From positions 1 to 64,000 of IMG/VR virus record IMGVR_UViG_3300005827_000047: 64,000 nucleotides of DNA. The stretch is one strand, 5' to 3'. Source of the DNA: a virus. Every line of letters begins with the position of its first letter. Position 1 is the stretch's first letter. The notes under the pieces are model-generated. The model worked only from the letters and a program-made list of their open reading frames with translations, was not told where the DNA came from and searched no databases. Position numbers and translations under genes: made by a program. Below, piece by piece: positions 9,731 to 18,969 of the stretch.

Positions 9731-10567
9731 ATGAAAGAGACAGGAATAGAAAAGAGAATTGTAAGAATTAACGTAAAAGGTTATCATGGAGATAACTTAC
9801 CTCAAGCTGTGGTTGCAGAGACTACAAAAGGTCTATCTTCTGAATACAAAAACGGAGTTATTCTTAAAGGGATTACAAAAGATGAAGAAGATTTACTTCT
9901 TCCTAAAATCTTAGGTATGGATAAAACAGATCCTAGGTATTTTGAAAAAGTAGATGAGTTTTGGCATAACCTTAGTGTGCCGGTAATGTATTCTAAAGGG
10001 CTTACTTTAGATTGCTCTACTAAAAACGGAGAGCCTATAAACCCTAAAGACTACATACTTTATAAGAGAGCACTTGAATCTTCAAGAGTAGCTAAAAATG
10101 AGATGGAGGCTAGAACAAGTAATAATTATTGGCTCTATATCTATGATGAAGAAGCTACTAAAGTAAACTCTAATAAATCTATTAAGAACATTACTAAAGC
10201 TACAGAATTCTTCACTAAACATGAAGATGATGAGAATACTTTAGATATGCTGGTATGGATGTTTGGAGAAGATCCTAATAAGATGGATAAACTTGAGAAG
10301 CAAAATACTCTATTTGAAAAAGTACAATCTAATCCTAGTGAGTATATTGCTTTTTCTTCAGATAAAGATCTAGCTGTTAAATCAGAGATCTATGCAATGC
10401 TTCACAATAATATCATAAGGAAAGTAGGTACAACCTTCTTAGCTGGAGATTCTATATTAGGAGATAGTGTAGATGAAGTTGTTATTTATGTAAGAGATCC
10501 TAAGAACTCTGCTTTTGTAAATAACCTTAAAGCTCAACTTAAGCAAATAAGAAAAAGTAAAAGTTAA
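9731..10567 (+). CDS. hypothetical virion-block protein
   Basis: 278-aa ORF in the head gene region. No diagnostic motif. Confidence 0.45.
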   Translation: MKETGIEKRIVRINVKGYHGDNLPQAVVAETTKGLSSEYKNGVILKGITKDEEDLLLPKILGMDKTDPRYFEKVDEFWHNLSVPVMYSKGLTLDCSTKNGEPINPKDYILYKRALESSRVAKNEMEARTSNNYWLYIYDEEATKVNSNKSIKNITKATEFFTKHEDDENTLDMLVWMFGEDPNKMDKLEKQNTLFEKVQSNPSEYIAFSSDKDLAVKSEIYAMLHNNIIRKVGTTFLAGDSILGDSVDEVVIYVRDPKNSAFVNNLKAQLKQIRKSKS

Positions 10568-11613
10568 TGAACGTAAAAGCCCTTCATATTAATACTAGAC
10601 TAGAGTTGGATAAAATCAACTCTAGTCTTTATGATTATTTAACAGATGAAGAGATAGATTATTATCTAAATAAGGCTCAAACAGAATTTATCAAGCAAAG
10701 GTATAATCCTGAATCTAATCAATATAGAACAGGATTTGAACAGAATGAGAAGAGAACAGCTGATTTAAAGAACCTACATGTTACCAATTACTCAGATACT
10801 TGTTATCTTACAAATGAGGCTAACAAATATAGGTTTAGGCTGCCAGAAGATTTTATGTACCTCACAAGTCAACAAACATCAGTATACTATAATTACTGTG
10901 CTCAAATAGTATCCAATACTATTACTAGTACTAAGACATATTTTGAGGTTCCTCTGGCATTTAATACTCTACTAAATGAGAGCTTTTCTAACTTTAGACT
11001 TGCTATCACTTCAACTTCTAATTCCCTTATCTCTAGTATAACAAATTACAATTATCCGGAAGATCAAGATAACTATATTATAAGACTAAGAAATTCAGTT
11101 ATCTTGCAAGGATATTCTATAAGCTTTGAAGGATTTTATACTCTATATAGTCAAAATACTTTATTTATAGAAGCCCCTATATCAACTACTCTATTTGTAA
11201 GTTATGATGGAGGAACTAATTGGACTTCATTTAGTTCTAAAACTCTTACATTGCAAAATGTAGTAGGAGTATCTAACGGAACTAGAGAAGTAAATGTACT
11301 TAGAAGATGTCAAATAGATGATCTCTATGTACTCTTAAAAGATTCCTTTGCTACTACTAATCCGGAGTATCCTTTAGCTATTGAGCAGTCTAATTACATA
11401 GATTCCTATGCAAATAGTCAATTTATTATAGAACAATTAATAATCAGCTATATTAGACAGCCAAAACCTATTTCATTATCTTTGAACCAAACTAGTGAAT
11501 TAGCTTCTCCTACTCATCCTGAAATAGTTGCTATGGCAGTAAATATGTGCTTAGAGGCGATAGAAAGCAGAAGATATGAGACTAATAATCTAGAATTAAA
11601 ACGAATAGAATAA
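10567..11613 (+). CDS. hypothetical virion-block protein
   Basis: 348-aa ORF. Its start overlaps the stop of the upstream gene (ATGA-type coupling). No diagnostic motif. Confidence 0.45.
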   Translation: MNVKALHINTRLELDKINSSLYDYLTDEEIDYYLNKAQTEFIKQRYNPESNQYRTGFEQNEKRTADLKNLHVTNYSDTCYLTNEANKYRFRLPEDFMYLTSQQTSVYYNYCAQIVSNTITSTKTYFEVPLAFNTLLNESFSNFRLAITSTSNSLISSITNYNYPEDQDNYIIRLRNSVILQGYSISFEGFYTLYSQNTLFIEAPISTTLFVSYDGGTNWTSFSSKTLTLQNVVGVSNGTREVNVLRRCQIDDLYVLLKDSFATTNPEYPLAIEQSNYIDSYANSQFIIEQLIISYIRQPKPISLSLNQTSELASPTHPEIVAMAVNMCLEAIESRRYETNNLELKRIE

Positions 11614-11631
11614 CCATAAGACAATTAAGTC

Positions 11632-12831
11632 ATGCAAAAAATCCTAGTTGGAAAAAATCAAGCTGTAGGTTCTCCTACCAGCCCTATTGATGTCCCTGAA
11701 GGTGCTATAGCTATCTTCAATGGAGACACTAACACTTTACTAAATCCTGGAGATACCATTACTGATGCTTCTCAGATTTACTTTGTTCAAGGAGTAAGTT
11801 CAGGTAGTCAACCTGTAATCTCTATCCCTGTAGATGGAACCGGAGTAAGAGTTTGGAAAGGTCAAAGCTATGTAGCTCCAGTTAAACAAGTTAGTTATGT
11901 AGGTTACTCAGGTTCCGGTACTTTAACCATTAATACTGTTAACTCTGGTAACTACCTGTTTGGAGTAAATAACCTTGCTAAAGCTTGGATCCCTTTTAAT
12001 CCTAAATCTGTATCTGTAACTGCTGATAGTTCTGCTACAGCTTTTGAAATTGCAGATGCTATAGCTGAGCAAGTAAATGCTGCTCCTACTACTCCTTCTT
12101 ATATTTCTGATCCTAATAACTGGATAGTTAAATTGGAAGTATTGAGTAGCCAATCTAGTACAGCTATTGGTGGAGGTGAAACTTTAACTGTAGTTAACGG
12201 ATCTAACATAGTAACTAGTTCTGGTACTTCTCATGGTATTGTAGCTGGAGATGCTATTAGAATAGGATCTACTACTGCTTTGACAAGTCCAGTTTATCCT
12301 GTTGCATCTGTTAATGGTGCTACTATTACTCTTACTAGAGAGTATGCAGGGGATTCAGCTTCTGGTGTAGCAGCAGGTGAACTTGATGCTTATCCTGATG
12401 CTTCAGATCTAGCAGGTCTTAAAGTAACTGCACTTTCATTTGGAAGCTATTTTTCTATCTTCCTTGCAGAAGATTTTGAAGGTACTCAAGTTACTTACAC
12501 TACTCCTTATACTCCTGGTTCAGGTACTTATGATCTTGTTTTGGATTATGAGAAGAAAACAAGAGCAAATTGGGGTTATACTCTAAACAGAACTATCCTA
12601 CCTATTGAGCAAGATTATTATGCTACATCAGGTACTACTTATGATCTATACTATATAGAAGGTATCAAAGTTATTGTAGATAGGAGTTTCCCTAGCAGAT
12701 TGAGTAATTCTACTTATAGTATTACTATAGCTATTCCTAGTACAGCAACAGCAGTGAAAAATGCTTTTGAAGCTACTATTAATCCTTGGATTAACTCAAC
12801 TCCTGGAGCTTTCCCTTCAGTTAACCTATAA
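11632..12831 (+). CDS. hypothetical structural protein (Ala/Ser/Thr/Gly-rich; abundant-protein candidate)
   Basis: 399 aa with a beta-rich composition. Followed by a small gene and then a strong terminator. Could be a decoration, auxiliary capsid or tail protein. Confidence 0.45.
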   Translation: MQKILVGKNQAVGSPTSPIDVPEGAIAIFNGDTNTLLNPGDTITDASQIYFVQGVSSGSQPVISIPVDGTGVRVWKGQSYVAPVKQVSYVGYSGSGTLTINTVNSGNYLFGVNNLAKAWIPFNPKSVSVTADSSATAFEIADAIAEQVNAAPTTPSYISDPNNWIVKLEVLSSQSSTAIGGGETLTVVNGSNIVTSSGTSHGIVAGDAIRIGSTTALTSPVYPVASVNGATITLTREYAGDSASGVAAGELDAYPDASDLAGLKVTALSFGSYFSIFLAEDFEGTQVTYTTPYTPGSGTYDLVLDYEKKTRANWGYTLNRTILPIEQDYYATSGTTYDLYYIEGIKVIVDRSFPSRLSNSTYSITIAIPSTATAVKNAFEATINPWINSTPGAFPSVNL

Positions 12832-12842
12832 TAAATAATACA

Positions 12843-13259
12843 ATGTCTGGAACTAACATAAAAAATAATAGCTTTACTGTACAAGCAAGATTTAATAGTC
12901 TAGGTAATGCAGGTACTTATACTTCTGTATTATCTTCTACTCCGGTATTACCTGCCGGAGCTATAATTACTAAACTTGTAGTTAGAGAAAGAACTGCTTT
13001 AGCAGGAGGTACTAGTTACCAATTTGTAGTAGATTCTATCTCAGGAACATCAGATACTAACCTAACAGGTGCAGTAACTCTAGCTACCTTTACAGGTCTA
13101 AATAACCTTATGGGTACAGCTTCAACAGGAGTAGAAGCTACTATGATATCATCAGGTAATACAGCAGTAGTAGAAACTGGAGAGCTAAAGCTCATCACAG
13201 TAGGTACTACTTCAGCAGGTGATATTGATGTAGTAGTAGAATACTCTATAGCTCCTTAA
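12843..13259 (+). CDS. hypothetical structural protein
   Basis: 138 aa, Thr/Ser/Gly/Ala-rich. Last gene before the terminator at 13286. Confidence 0.45.
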   Translation: MSGTNIKNNSFTVQARFNSLGNAGTYTSVLSSTPVLPAGAIITKLVVRERTALAGGTSYQFVVDSISGTSDTNLTGAVTLATFTGLNNLMGTASTGVEATMISSGNTAVVETGELKLITVGTTSAGDIDVVVEYSIAP

Positions 13260-13285
13260 ATCTCTTCTCTCTTTCCTATAGTCTT

Positions 13286-13317
13286 GGGAGGGTAGTAAAT
13301 CTATCCTCCCTTTATTT
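13286..13317 (+). terminator. rho-independent terminator
   Basis: GGGAGGGTAG pairs with CTATCCTCCC (10-bp stem including one G-U pair, 5-nt loop), followed by TTTATTT. Confidence 0.75.
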
Positions 13318-13326
13318 AAAATCAAA

Positions 13327-13668
13327 ATGGCAATAAGAGAAATTAACAAACTACAAAGAAAATCTCCTAAATCTACAGATGTAGTACCTTTTAATAATTT
13401 AGGTCAAGATTTTTATGCTCCTGTATCAACTTTACTATCCTTAATAGGTGCAGAAAGTATAGTTATAGGATATGGTGTATATGATCCTTCTGCATCCACT
13501 ACTATTAACTTTATTAAAAATGGGGAGAGCTTTTCTTTTCCTAGTGTGAACTATGCTTTCTTAATGAATGATAATGGAGCAGGAGTTACAGAATTATCAA
13601 GAACTGTAAGTTCTATTACTTTACAAATACCAATAACTACTACAATAAATTTTATCGCAATAATATAA
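13327..13668 (+). CDS. hypothetical protein
   Basis: 113-aa ORF that opens a new transcription unit after the terminator. Confidence 0.4.
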   Translation: MAIREINKLQRKSPKSTDVVPFNNLGQDFYAPVSTLLSLIGAESIVIGYGVYDPSASTTINFIKNGESFSFPSVNYAFLMNDNGAGVTELSRTVSSITLQIPITTTINFIAII

Positions 13669-13935
13669 ATGAACTGCTACAACCCTAATTGCCCTTGTAA
13701 AACTACTTCTTTTGAAGAAAGAAATGGAACTGTACAAATTATCTCAAGTCCTCAGTTTGTTTATTTTGAAGTTGATGGAGAGAGGCTTGGCTTCAGAACT
13801 GATGATTACTCTCTTCTATATAACAGCACCTTAACAGGATCTATTACTATAGAAAAACATGCAGAAGGATTTAAAGTAACTTCCGGAACTACCGGAACTA
13901 TTGATTTCTTTGCTAGAACTAATAAATCTTACTAA
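13669..13935 (+). CDS. hypothetical protein
   Basis: 88-aa ORF, abutting its neighbours. Confidence 0.4.
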   Translation: MNCYNPNCPCKTTSFEERNGTVQIISSPQFVYFEVDGERLGFRTDDYSLLYNSTLTGSITIEKHAEGFKVTSGTTGTIDFFARTNKSY

Positions 13936-15029
13936 TGAAAAAGATACTATTTATACTACTCACACTAATTACCCTACCTGCACTTTCACAAGTATCAGGA
14001 GGTACTATAGCTAATAATGGTAAGCTATTTACTGATTCTATTATATCTATTAGTACTGCTACTTTTCCTTATACTAGGGTAGATACTTTGGATTTTGGAG
14101 GAACTGTTATAAGAAATAAGAATGGTACTATTATAGGCCCTTCTGCATCAGGTGCATTAGTTCCTAAAGTATCTTCTGCAACTACATTAAATCTGTATAC
14201 TAATGATACTTTTTATGTTTATAATGGAGTAACAACAGCTACATGGACATTACCTTTAATATCTGCAAGTGGTAACAAACAGATTTATGTGAAAAACAGA
14301 GGAAGTGAAACTGTAACAATTCAAAGAGCTGGTTCTAATCAAATTTATGCTTCTTCTCCATCAACATTTTTGTACTTATATCCTGGACAATCAGGTACTT
14401 TTTATAATGATGGAACATATTGGATATATGATCAGTATGTAGCAGGAGTACAAGTATTAACTGGAACTTCTACGGTAAACCCTGATTTATTTACGGATAT
14501 CTATAATATAGATCCAACCTCTGTAAGGTCAACCCTTACTATTAACCTTAGTGGGTTTTCAGGTCAAACACAGAAATTTGTTTTTGGCGGACAGATCCCT
14601 AATAGGGATACTGTAGTAAGAACTGTGACTTGGAATACATCTTATGTTTATGGAGATTATCCTACAACAGTATTATCAGGAGATGTAGTAGAAGTAACTT
14701 ACTTGTATAATCCTAATACATTTGATATAATACCTTTTGTTACTAGCACAGCTTCTCCTGGAGGAACAGGTACTCTAGATCAAACTCTTACTGCTGGTAA
14801 TACTTCAGCTTTAGGATTTGGAGTATTCGGAGCTAGTTCTATAGGAACTACTACTCAAGATAGTAAAGCTATACTTACCCTATCTTCTACTACTAGAGGA
14901 TTATTGATACCTAGAATGACTACTGCACAAAGAACAGCTATTAGTTCTCCTACTACTGGATTACTAATATATGATACTACATTGGATACTCAAGTTATGT
15001 TTAATGGAGCTAATTGGGAAGAACTATGA
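13935..15029 (+). CDS. fibre/receptor-binding-like protein with signal-peptide-like N-terminus
   Basis: 364 aa. N-terminus 'MKKILFILLTLITLPALSQV'. Thr/Ser/Gly-rich beta composition. Distinct C-terminal module 'GLLIPRMTTAQRTAISSPTTGLLIYDTTLDTQVMFNGANW'. Confidence 0.45.
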   Translation: MKKILFILLTLITLPALSQVSGGTIANNGKLFTDSIISISTATFPYTRVDTLDFGGTVIRNKNGTIIGPSASGALVPKVSSATTLNLYTNDTFYVYNGVTTATWTLPLISASGNKQIYVKNRGSETVTIQRAGSNQIYASSPSTFLYLYPGQSGTFYNDGTYWIYDQYVAGVQVLTGTSTVNPDLFTDIYNIDPTSVRSTLTINLSGFSGQTQKFVFGGQIPNRDTVVRTVTWNTSYVYGDYPTTVLSGDVVEVTYLYNPNTFDIIPFVTSTASPGGTGTLDQTLTAGNTSALGFGVFGASSIGTTTQDSKAILTLSSTTRGLLIPRMTTAQRTAISSPTTGLLIYDTTLDTQVMFNGANWEEL

Positions 15030-17542
15030 AAAAGATACTAACTATATTACTTTTACTGATTTCAATAATATCTAACTCACAAGTACTTATTCCTTATCAA
15101 GATAAGCAAAGTACTTTTGAACTTGATGGGCAAAGAAAACCTTTAAGATCTTATAAATCTTATATAGGAGATAGTATGCTATACAATGTTAGCTATACTA
15201 CTAATAATGATTATTTTAGGAATCCTAATATCTTCTATATGAATGATACTATGTTCCTTCAATTTATAGTAACTAATGGGCATGATTATCAGCAAGGAGG
15301 CCAAAGAATAGTAAAATATTCTAAAGGATCTAACGGAAGATTTAAATATACTACAGAAGTAAGTGATAGAGCTATCCTTTATAATAATCAAAGCTATGTA
15401 TTTAATAGAGTATCCGGAGACACAATAGTAGGTACTAAGATACAGAGCATTAGTTATCCTAGTGATAGTATATTATTCTTAGATAGAAACTTTAATAGGA
15501 TAGGACCAGGAGCTATATTCTTTGATAAAGCAGCAGCAGGTTTACCTTCTACTTTCCTTAACATATCTAAAGTAGTAGAAGATGATTCAGGTTATTGGTA
15601 CTATGCAGGTTATGACAGAGTAGATACTCCTAGAAATGCTTATATGCTTAGATCTAAGAATAGAGGTAGAAGTTGGACTCTTCAAAAGACCTATACTTTT
15701 TCAGTAAATAGGTTTAGACCTGAAGAGATATCTATTATGAAGAAAGGAGATACCCTTATTGCTTTTATGAGAAGTGATTATGGTAACTTTACTTGGATGT
15801 CTAAATCTTTTAAAGGAGTTACTTGGACTGATGCAGTAAGAGTATTTAAAGGAGCTAATCAACCTAGATCCTTATCCTTAAATGATAGTACTATTATATG
15901 CACAGGAAGACTCTTTGTATGGCAAGATAATGATCAAGGATATAAAGTAATAGATGATACTGCATTGCATAATAATGGTATTTACTATGGTTATGTTACT
16001 TATACTACTTTAAATGTATCTACTAACTATGGTAATACTTGGAGAACAATACTCTTAGGTAAAAAGAGAGTAGATGATTTTGGTAGATATCCTTCTGGTA
16101 AAGCTATGTCGAGTGAAGTAGCTGATGTTATTCAATTAGGAGGAGATACTATTAGAGTTATATGGGCAGATGGAGTTTATGTTGATAATACTAATGATTA
16201 TGGAGGTATCAGTTATACAGATGTAGTTGTTAATACAAGGAAACATGGATTTGTATATATGATAGGAGGTCAAACTATGCCTCAAACTTATTATCAACAA
16301 GTACTAAGAGCAGATAGTATTTCACTACTAGATACTCTGAATAATAGGTATTTTAATCTTGATATTGATAATACTGTACTTAATGTAGAAGATAATATTG
16401 ATACTATTAGATTAAACAGTACTGTTAAAATAGTATCAGGAACTTTATCAGTAAATACTCCTGAAGCTGAAGCTGGTAGAGCTTTTGACCTTAGAAGTAC
16501 AGCTAACAACGAAAGATTTAGCGGTATAGGAGGTAACTTAGCTTATAGCAGAGTAAATACTTCTGCCGGATCTTTCAGGATTAGACAGGCTGAAGGTACT
16601 TTAAGTGCGCCTACTGCAACTAATGCAAATAGAACTTTAGGTTCCTATTCTATGGGAGGATATGAAGGAGGTTACGTAGATAACTTTGAGATACTACTAA
16701 CTTCAGCTGAAGCATTTAGTTCTGCTAATAACAGGGGTACTAACTTGCAATTTAGAAAAGTAAGAAGTGGTCTTGCTTCTCATCTAGTTACTTATTTCTC
16801 AGATAGCTTAAATAACCATTGGTGGGGGAGTTCAAGTACTAGACCAGTTTCTTTATCTCAAAGATTTACATTTGATAATGGTAATATTAGTGCTAAACAA
16901 AATGTTATAGTAGATAGTTCTATTTACACAAGAAACCTATATACTTCTAATGCTCCAGTAAGTAGCAATGGTACTGATAGTATTTATGTAAGAGATGGAG
17001 TTACTGGACAATTAAAAGTAGTTCCTCCTTCTTATATTAGAGGTATAGCTAAATCTTATGTAGATAGCAGCACAGGAGGTATAAGTTATATAGATACTTC
17101 TGTTACTTTGGCTACTCCTAGAAATTACACAGGTGGAATAATATATACTCTCAATTTAGACAGCTTAAAAACTTCAGTATATGATCTGGAAAAACCTCTA
17201 GGAGTTCAAAGATTCTTTAGATTTAGTGATACAGCTATTAGTTTAGATAGTGGAATGTGGATTGATCTATTACTTTATTTTAAAGCACAAGCTACTACTG
17301 TTAATCAAGAAATAGATGTATGGATAGAAATAGGTGGGGGGGCTGCACAACTTTACAGAGAAACATTCTATTTTAGATCTTCTGGAGTAGATAGATCAAT
17401 AACTTATTCTTTACCTGCTTCTTTTGCAAGAACAACTTTTGCTAGTAATGGAGGTAAAATAAAGATATTTAGTTCTAATAACTTTAGTGTTACTTCTAAT
17501 ATAGTTCTTAATGTGGATCTAGATCATAGAAGATTAAGGTAA
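15014..17542 (+). CDS. BNR/Asp-box repeat (sialidase-like beta-propeller) protein, tail-spike/depolymerase candidate
   Basis: 842 aa. Asp-box-like repeats 'SKNRGRSWT' (15653-15679), 'STNYGNTWR' (16019-16045) and 'KSFKGVTWT'. Probable start at 15026 (MKKILTILLLLISIISNSQV), which is signal-peptide-like. Confidence 0.55.
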   Translation: MGRTMKKILTILLLLISIISNSQVLIPYQDKQSTFELDGQRKPLRSYKSYIGDSMLYNVSYTTNNDYFRNPNIFYMNDTMFLQFIVTNGHDYQQGGQRIVKYSKGSNGRFKYTTEVSDRAILYNNQSYVFNRVSGDTIVGTKIQSISYPSDSILFLDRNFNRIGPGAIFFDKAAAGLPSTFLNISKVVEDDSGYWYYAGYDRVDTPRNAYMLRSKNRGRSWTLQKTYTFSVNRFRPEEISIMKKGDTLIAFMRSDYGNFTWMSKSFKGVTWTDAVRVFKGANQPRSLSLNDSTIICTGRLFVWQDNDQGYKVIDDTALHNNGIYYGYVTYTTLNVSTNYGNTWRTILLGKKRVDDFGRYPSGKAMSSEVADVIQLGGDTIRVIWADGVYVDNTNDYGGISYTDVVVNTRKHGFVYMIGGQTMPQTYYQQVLRADSISLLDTLNNRYFNLDIDNTVLNVEDNIDTIRLNSTVKIVSGTLSVNTPEAEAGRAFDLRSTANNERFSGIGGNLAYSRVNTSAGSFRIRQAEGTLSAPTATNANRTLGSYSMGGYEGGYVDNFEILLTSAEAFSSANNRGTNLQFRKVRSGLASHLVTYFSDSLNNHWWGSSSTRPVSLSQRFTFDNGNISAKQNVIVDSSIYTRNLYTSNAPVSSNGTDSIYVRDGVTGQLKVVPPSYIRGIAKSYVDSSTGGISYIDTSVTLATPRNYTGGIIYTLNLDSLKTSVYDLEKPLGVQRFFRFSDTAISLDSGMWIDLLLYFKAQATTVNQEIDVWIEIGGGAAQLYRETFYFRSSGVDRSITYSLPASFARTTFASNGGKIKIFSSNNFSVTSNIVLNVDLDHRRLR

Positions 17543-17562
17543 AATAGTTTATAAACATTTAT

Positions 17563-17570
17563 TAAATTTG
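17563..17570 (+). promoter_or_regulatory. Bacteroidota-type -7 promoter box (TAnnTTTG)
   Basis: 'TAAATTTG', 5 nt upstream of the ATG at 17576, in a 33-nt intergenic gap. Confidence 0.4.
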
Positions 17571-17575
17571 TAATT

Positions 17576-17818
17576 ATGAATCCGGTAAATAACACAAAGA
17601 ATAGTCCTTGGACAAATGGAGTGGGGATATTATTAATAGTATTATCTAGCTTTCTATATGTAGCTGAACACTTCTTTGAATTAAAAAGTGATGTAAATGA
17701 TACCCATCTAGCTATTATAGCAGGAATAGGATTAGTAGTTTTACTAGGGTTTTCAGACGAAGCTTTTAAAATAGCTTTAGACTTCTTTAAAGACTTCTTA
17801 TCTAAATTTAAAAAATGA
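17576..17818 (+). CDS. small two-TMD membrane protein (holin candidate)
   Basis: 80 aa. Hydrophobic segments 'GVGILLIVLSSFLYV' and 'LAIIAGIGLVVLLGF' with a charged C-terminus 'SKFKK'. Lies 4.3 kb from the endolysin, so the holin assignment is weak. Confidence 0.3.
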   Translation: MNPVNNTKNSPWTNGVGILLIVLSSFLYVAEHFFELKSDVNDTHLAIIAGIGLVVLLGFSDEAFKIALDFFKDFLSKFKK

Positions 17819-18384
17819 GTTTAAGCTTAGTAAATAGCGAGAATCTAATAAGTGGTAATGTACTTAAGGTATATGATGTTACTGGTACATATAATGCTAC
17901 TACAAATCCTAATGGCTGGGGAGTACCTAATGCTACAAGAGCAGGAATCTCCTCAGCTACTATAGCTATTTATTTACCGGATAGTACTACTCCTGCTATT
18001 ACTCAAACTGTTACTTCTACAGTGCAAGCTGCTACTTCAGAAGAGTTTCTACTTTATAGCTTTTCACTAAGTGATTTAGGTATATCTAGTGTGACTTTAC
18101 CTGATGGAATTTACCGAATAGTATATACTGTAGTATCTGGAGGAGTAACCTATACTAATGATCAACACTTCTTAAGCTACTACTCAGTTAAATGCTGTGT
18201 ATTTAAGAAGTTTGCTAATTTTATAGATGATAGCTGTAATTGCAAAAAGGATACTAGTGAATTACTTACTCAATGGAGTATGCTAAAAGCTATTATGTTT
18301 GGAGTAGCAGGAGGTAACTTATCTGAAGCTAATACTATGCTTACTAAGCTTCAAAGAATGTGTGATATAAATAAATGTTGTTAA
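17815..18384 (+). CDS. hypothetical fibre-associated protein with Cys-rich C-terminus
   Basis: 189 aa. C-terminal 'KCCVFKK...DDSCNCKKD...RMCDINKCC'. Confidence 0.4.
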   Translation: MSLSLVNSENLISGNVLKVYDVTGTYNATTNPNGWGVPNATRAGISSATIAIYLPDSTTPAITQTVTSTVQAATSEEFLLYSFSLSDLGISSVTLPDGIYRIVYTVVSGGVTYTNDQHFLSYYSVKCCVFKKFANFIDDSCNCKKDTSELLTQWSMLKAIMFGVAGGNLSEANTMLTKLQRMCDINKCC

Positions 18385-18387
18385 GAG

Positions 18388-18969
18388 ATGGGCTGTAATA
18401 ATTGTTATGATTGTTTACCTTTAGTAACTACTCCCAAAGGAGATACAGGTGCTACTGGCTCTACAGGAAGTACTGGACCTTCAGGTCTTAATGGATTTGC
18501 AACAGTATATGCAACTGTAGCTACAGTAAGTACTGGAACTACTATGACTTGGGAGACTCTTGGAAGCTATCTTCTTAACTCTAATTCTACTACTGGTTTA
18601 TTAGCTCAAGATGGAGATGGATATCAAGTAGATGCTATGTTCTGGATGCAATCTAGTGGAGGAAGTAATGGAAGACAAATAAGATTTAACATAGGAGGAG
18701 TAGCAGCTGTAGCTTATACTGCTTCTTCTAATGAATATCTTAGGCTTACTCTTTCTTTAGTAAGAGCTTCTTCTACTTCTGTAAGATGTATGGCTACTGT
18801 ACTTACAAGTTTTGCTACTTATCCTAAGATTCAATACTTAGATGTTACTGTACCTAGTTTAGATAGTAATACTTTAACTTTCCTTCTTGAAGGATATAAT
18901 AATACTGCTGATGCAGCTAATAAGGTAGATTTAGTACTTTCTACTGTTAACTTTATGAATAAATCTTAA
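18388..18969 (+). CDS. collagen-like repeat protein (tail fibre candidate)
   Basis: Six consecutive G-X-Y triplets 'GDTGATGSTGSTGPSGLNG' (18439-18495), preceded by the Cys-rich 'MGCNNCYDC'. Confidence 0.5.
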   Translation: MGCNNCYDCLPLVTTPKGDTGATGSTGSTGPSGLNGFATVYATVATVSTGTTMTWETLGSYLLNSNSTTGLLAQDGDGYQVDAMFWMQSSGGSNGRQIRFNIGGVAAVAYTASSNEYLRLTLSLVRASSTSVRCMATVLTSFATYPKIQYLDVTVPSLDSNTLTFLLEGYNNTADAANKVDLVLSTVNFMNKS

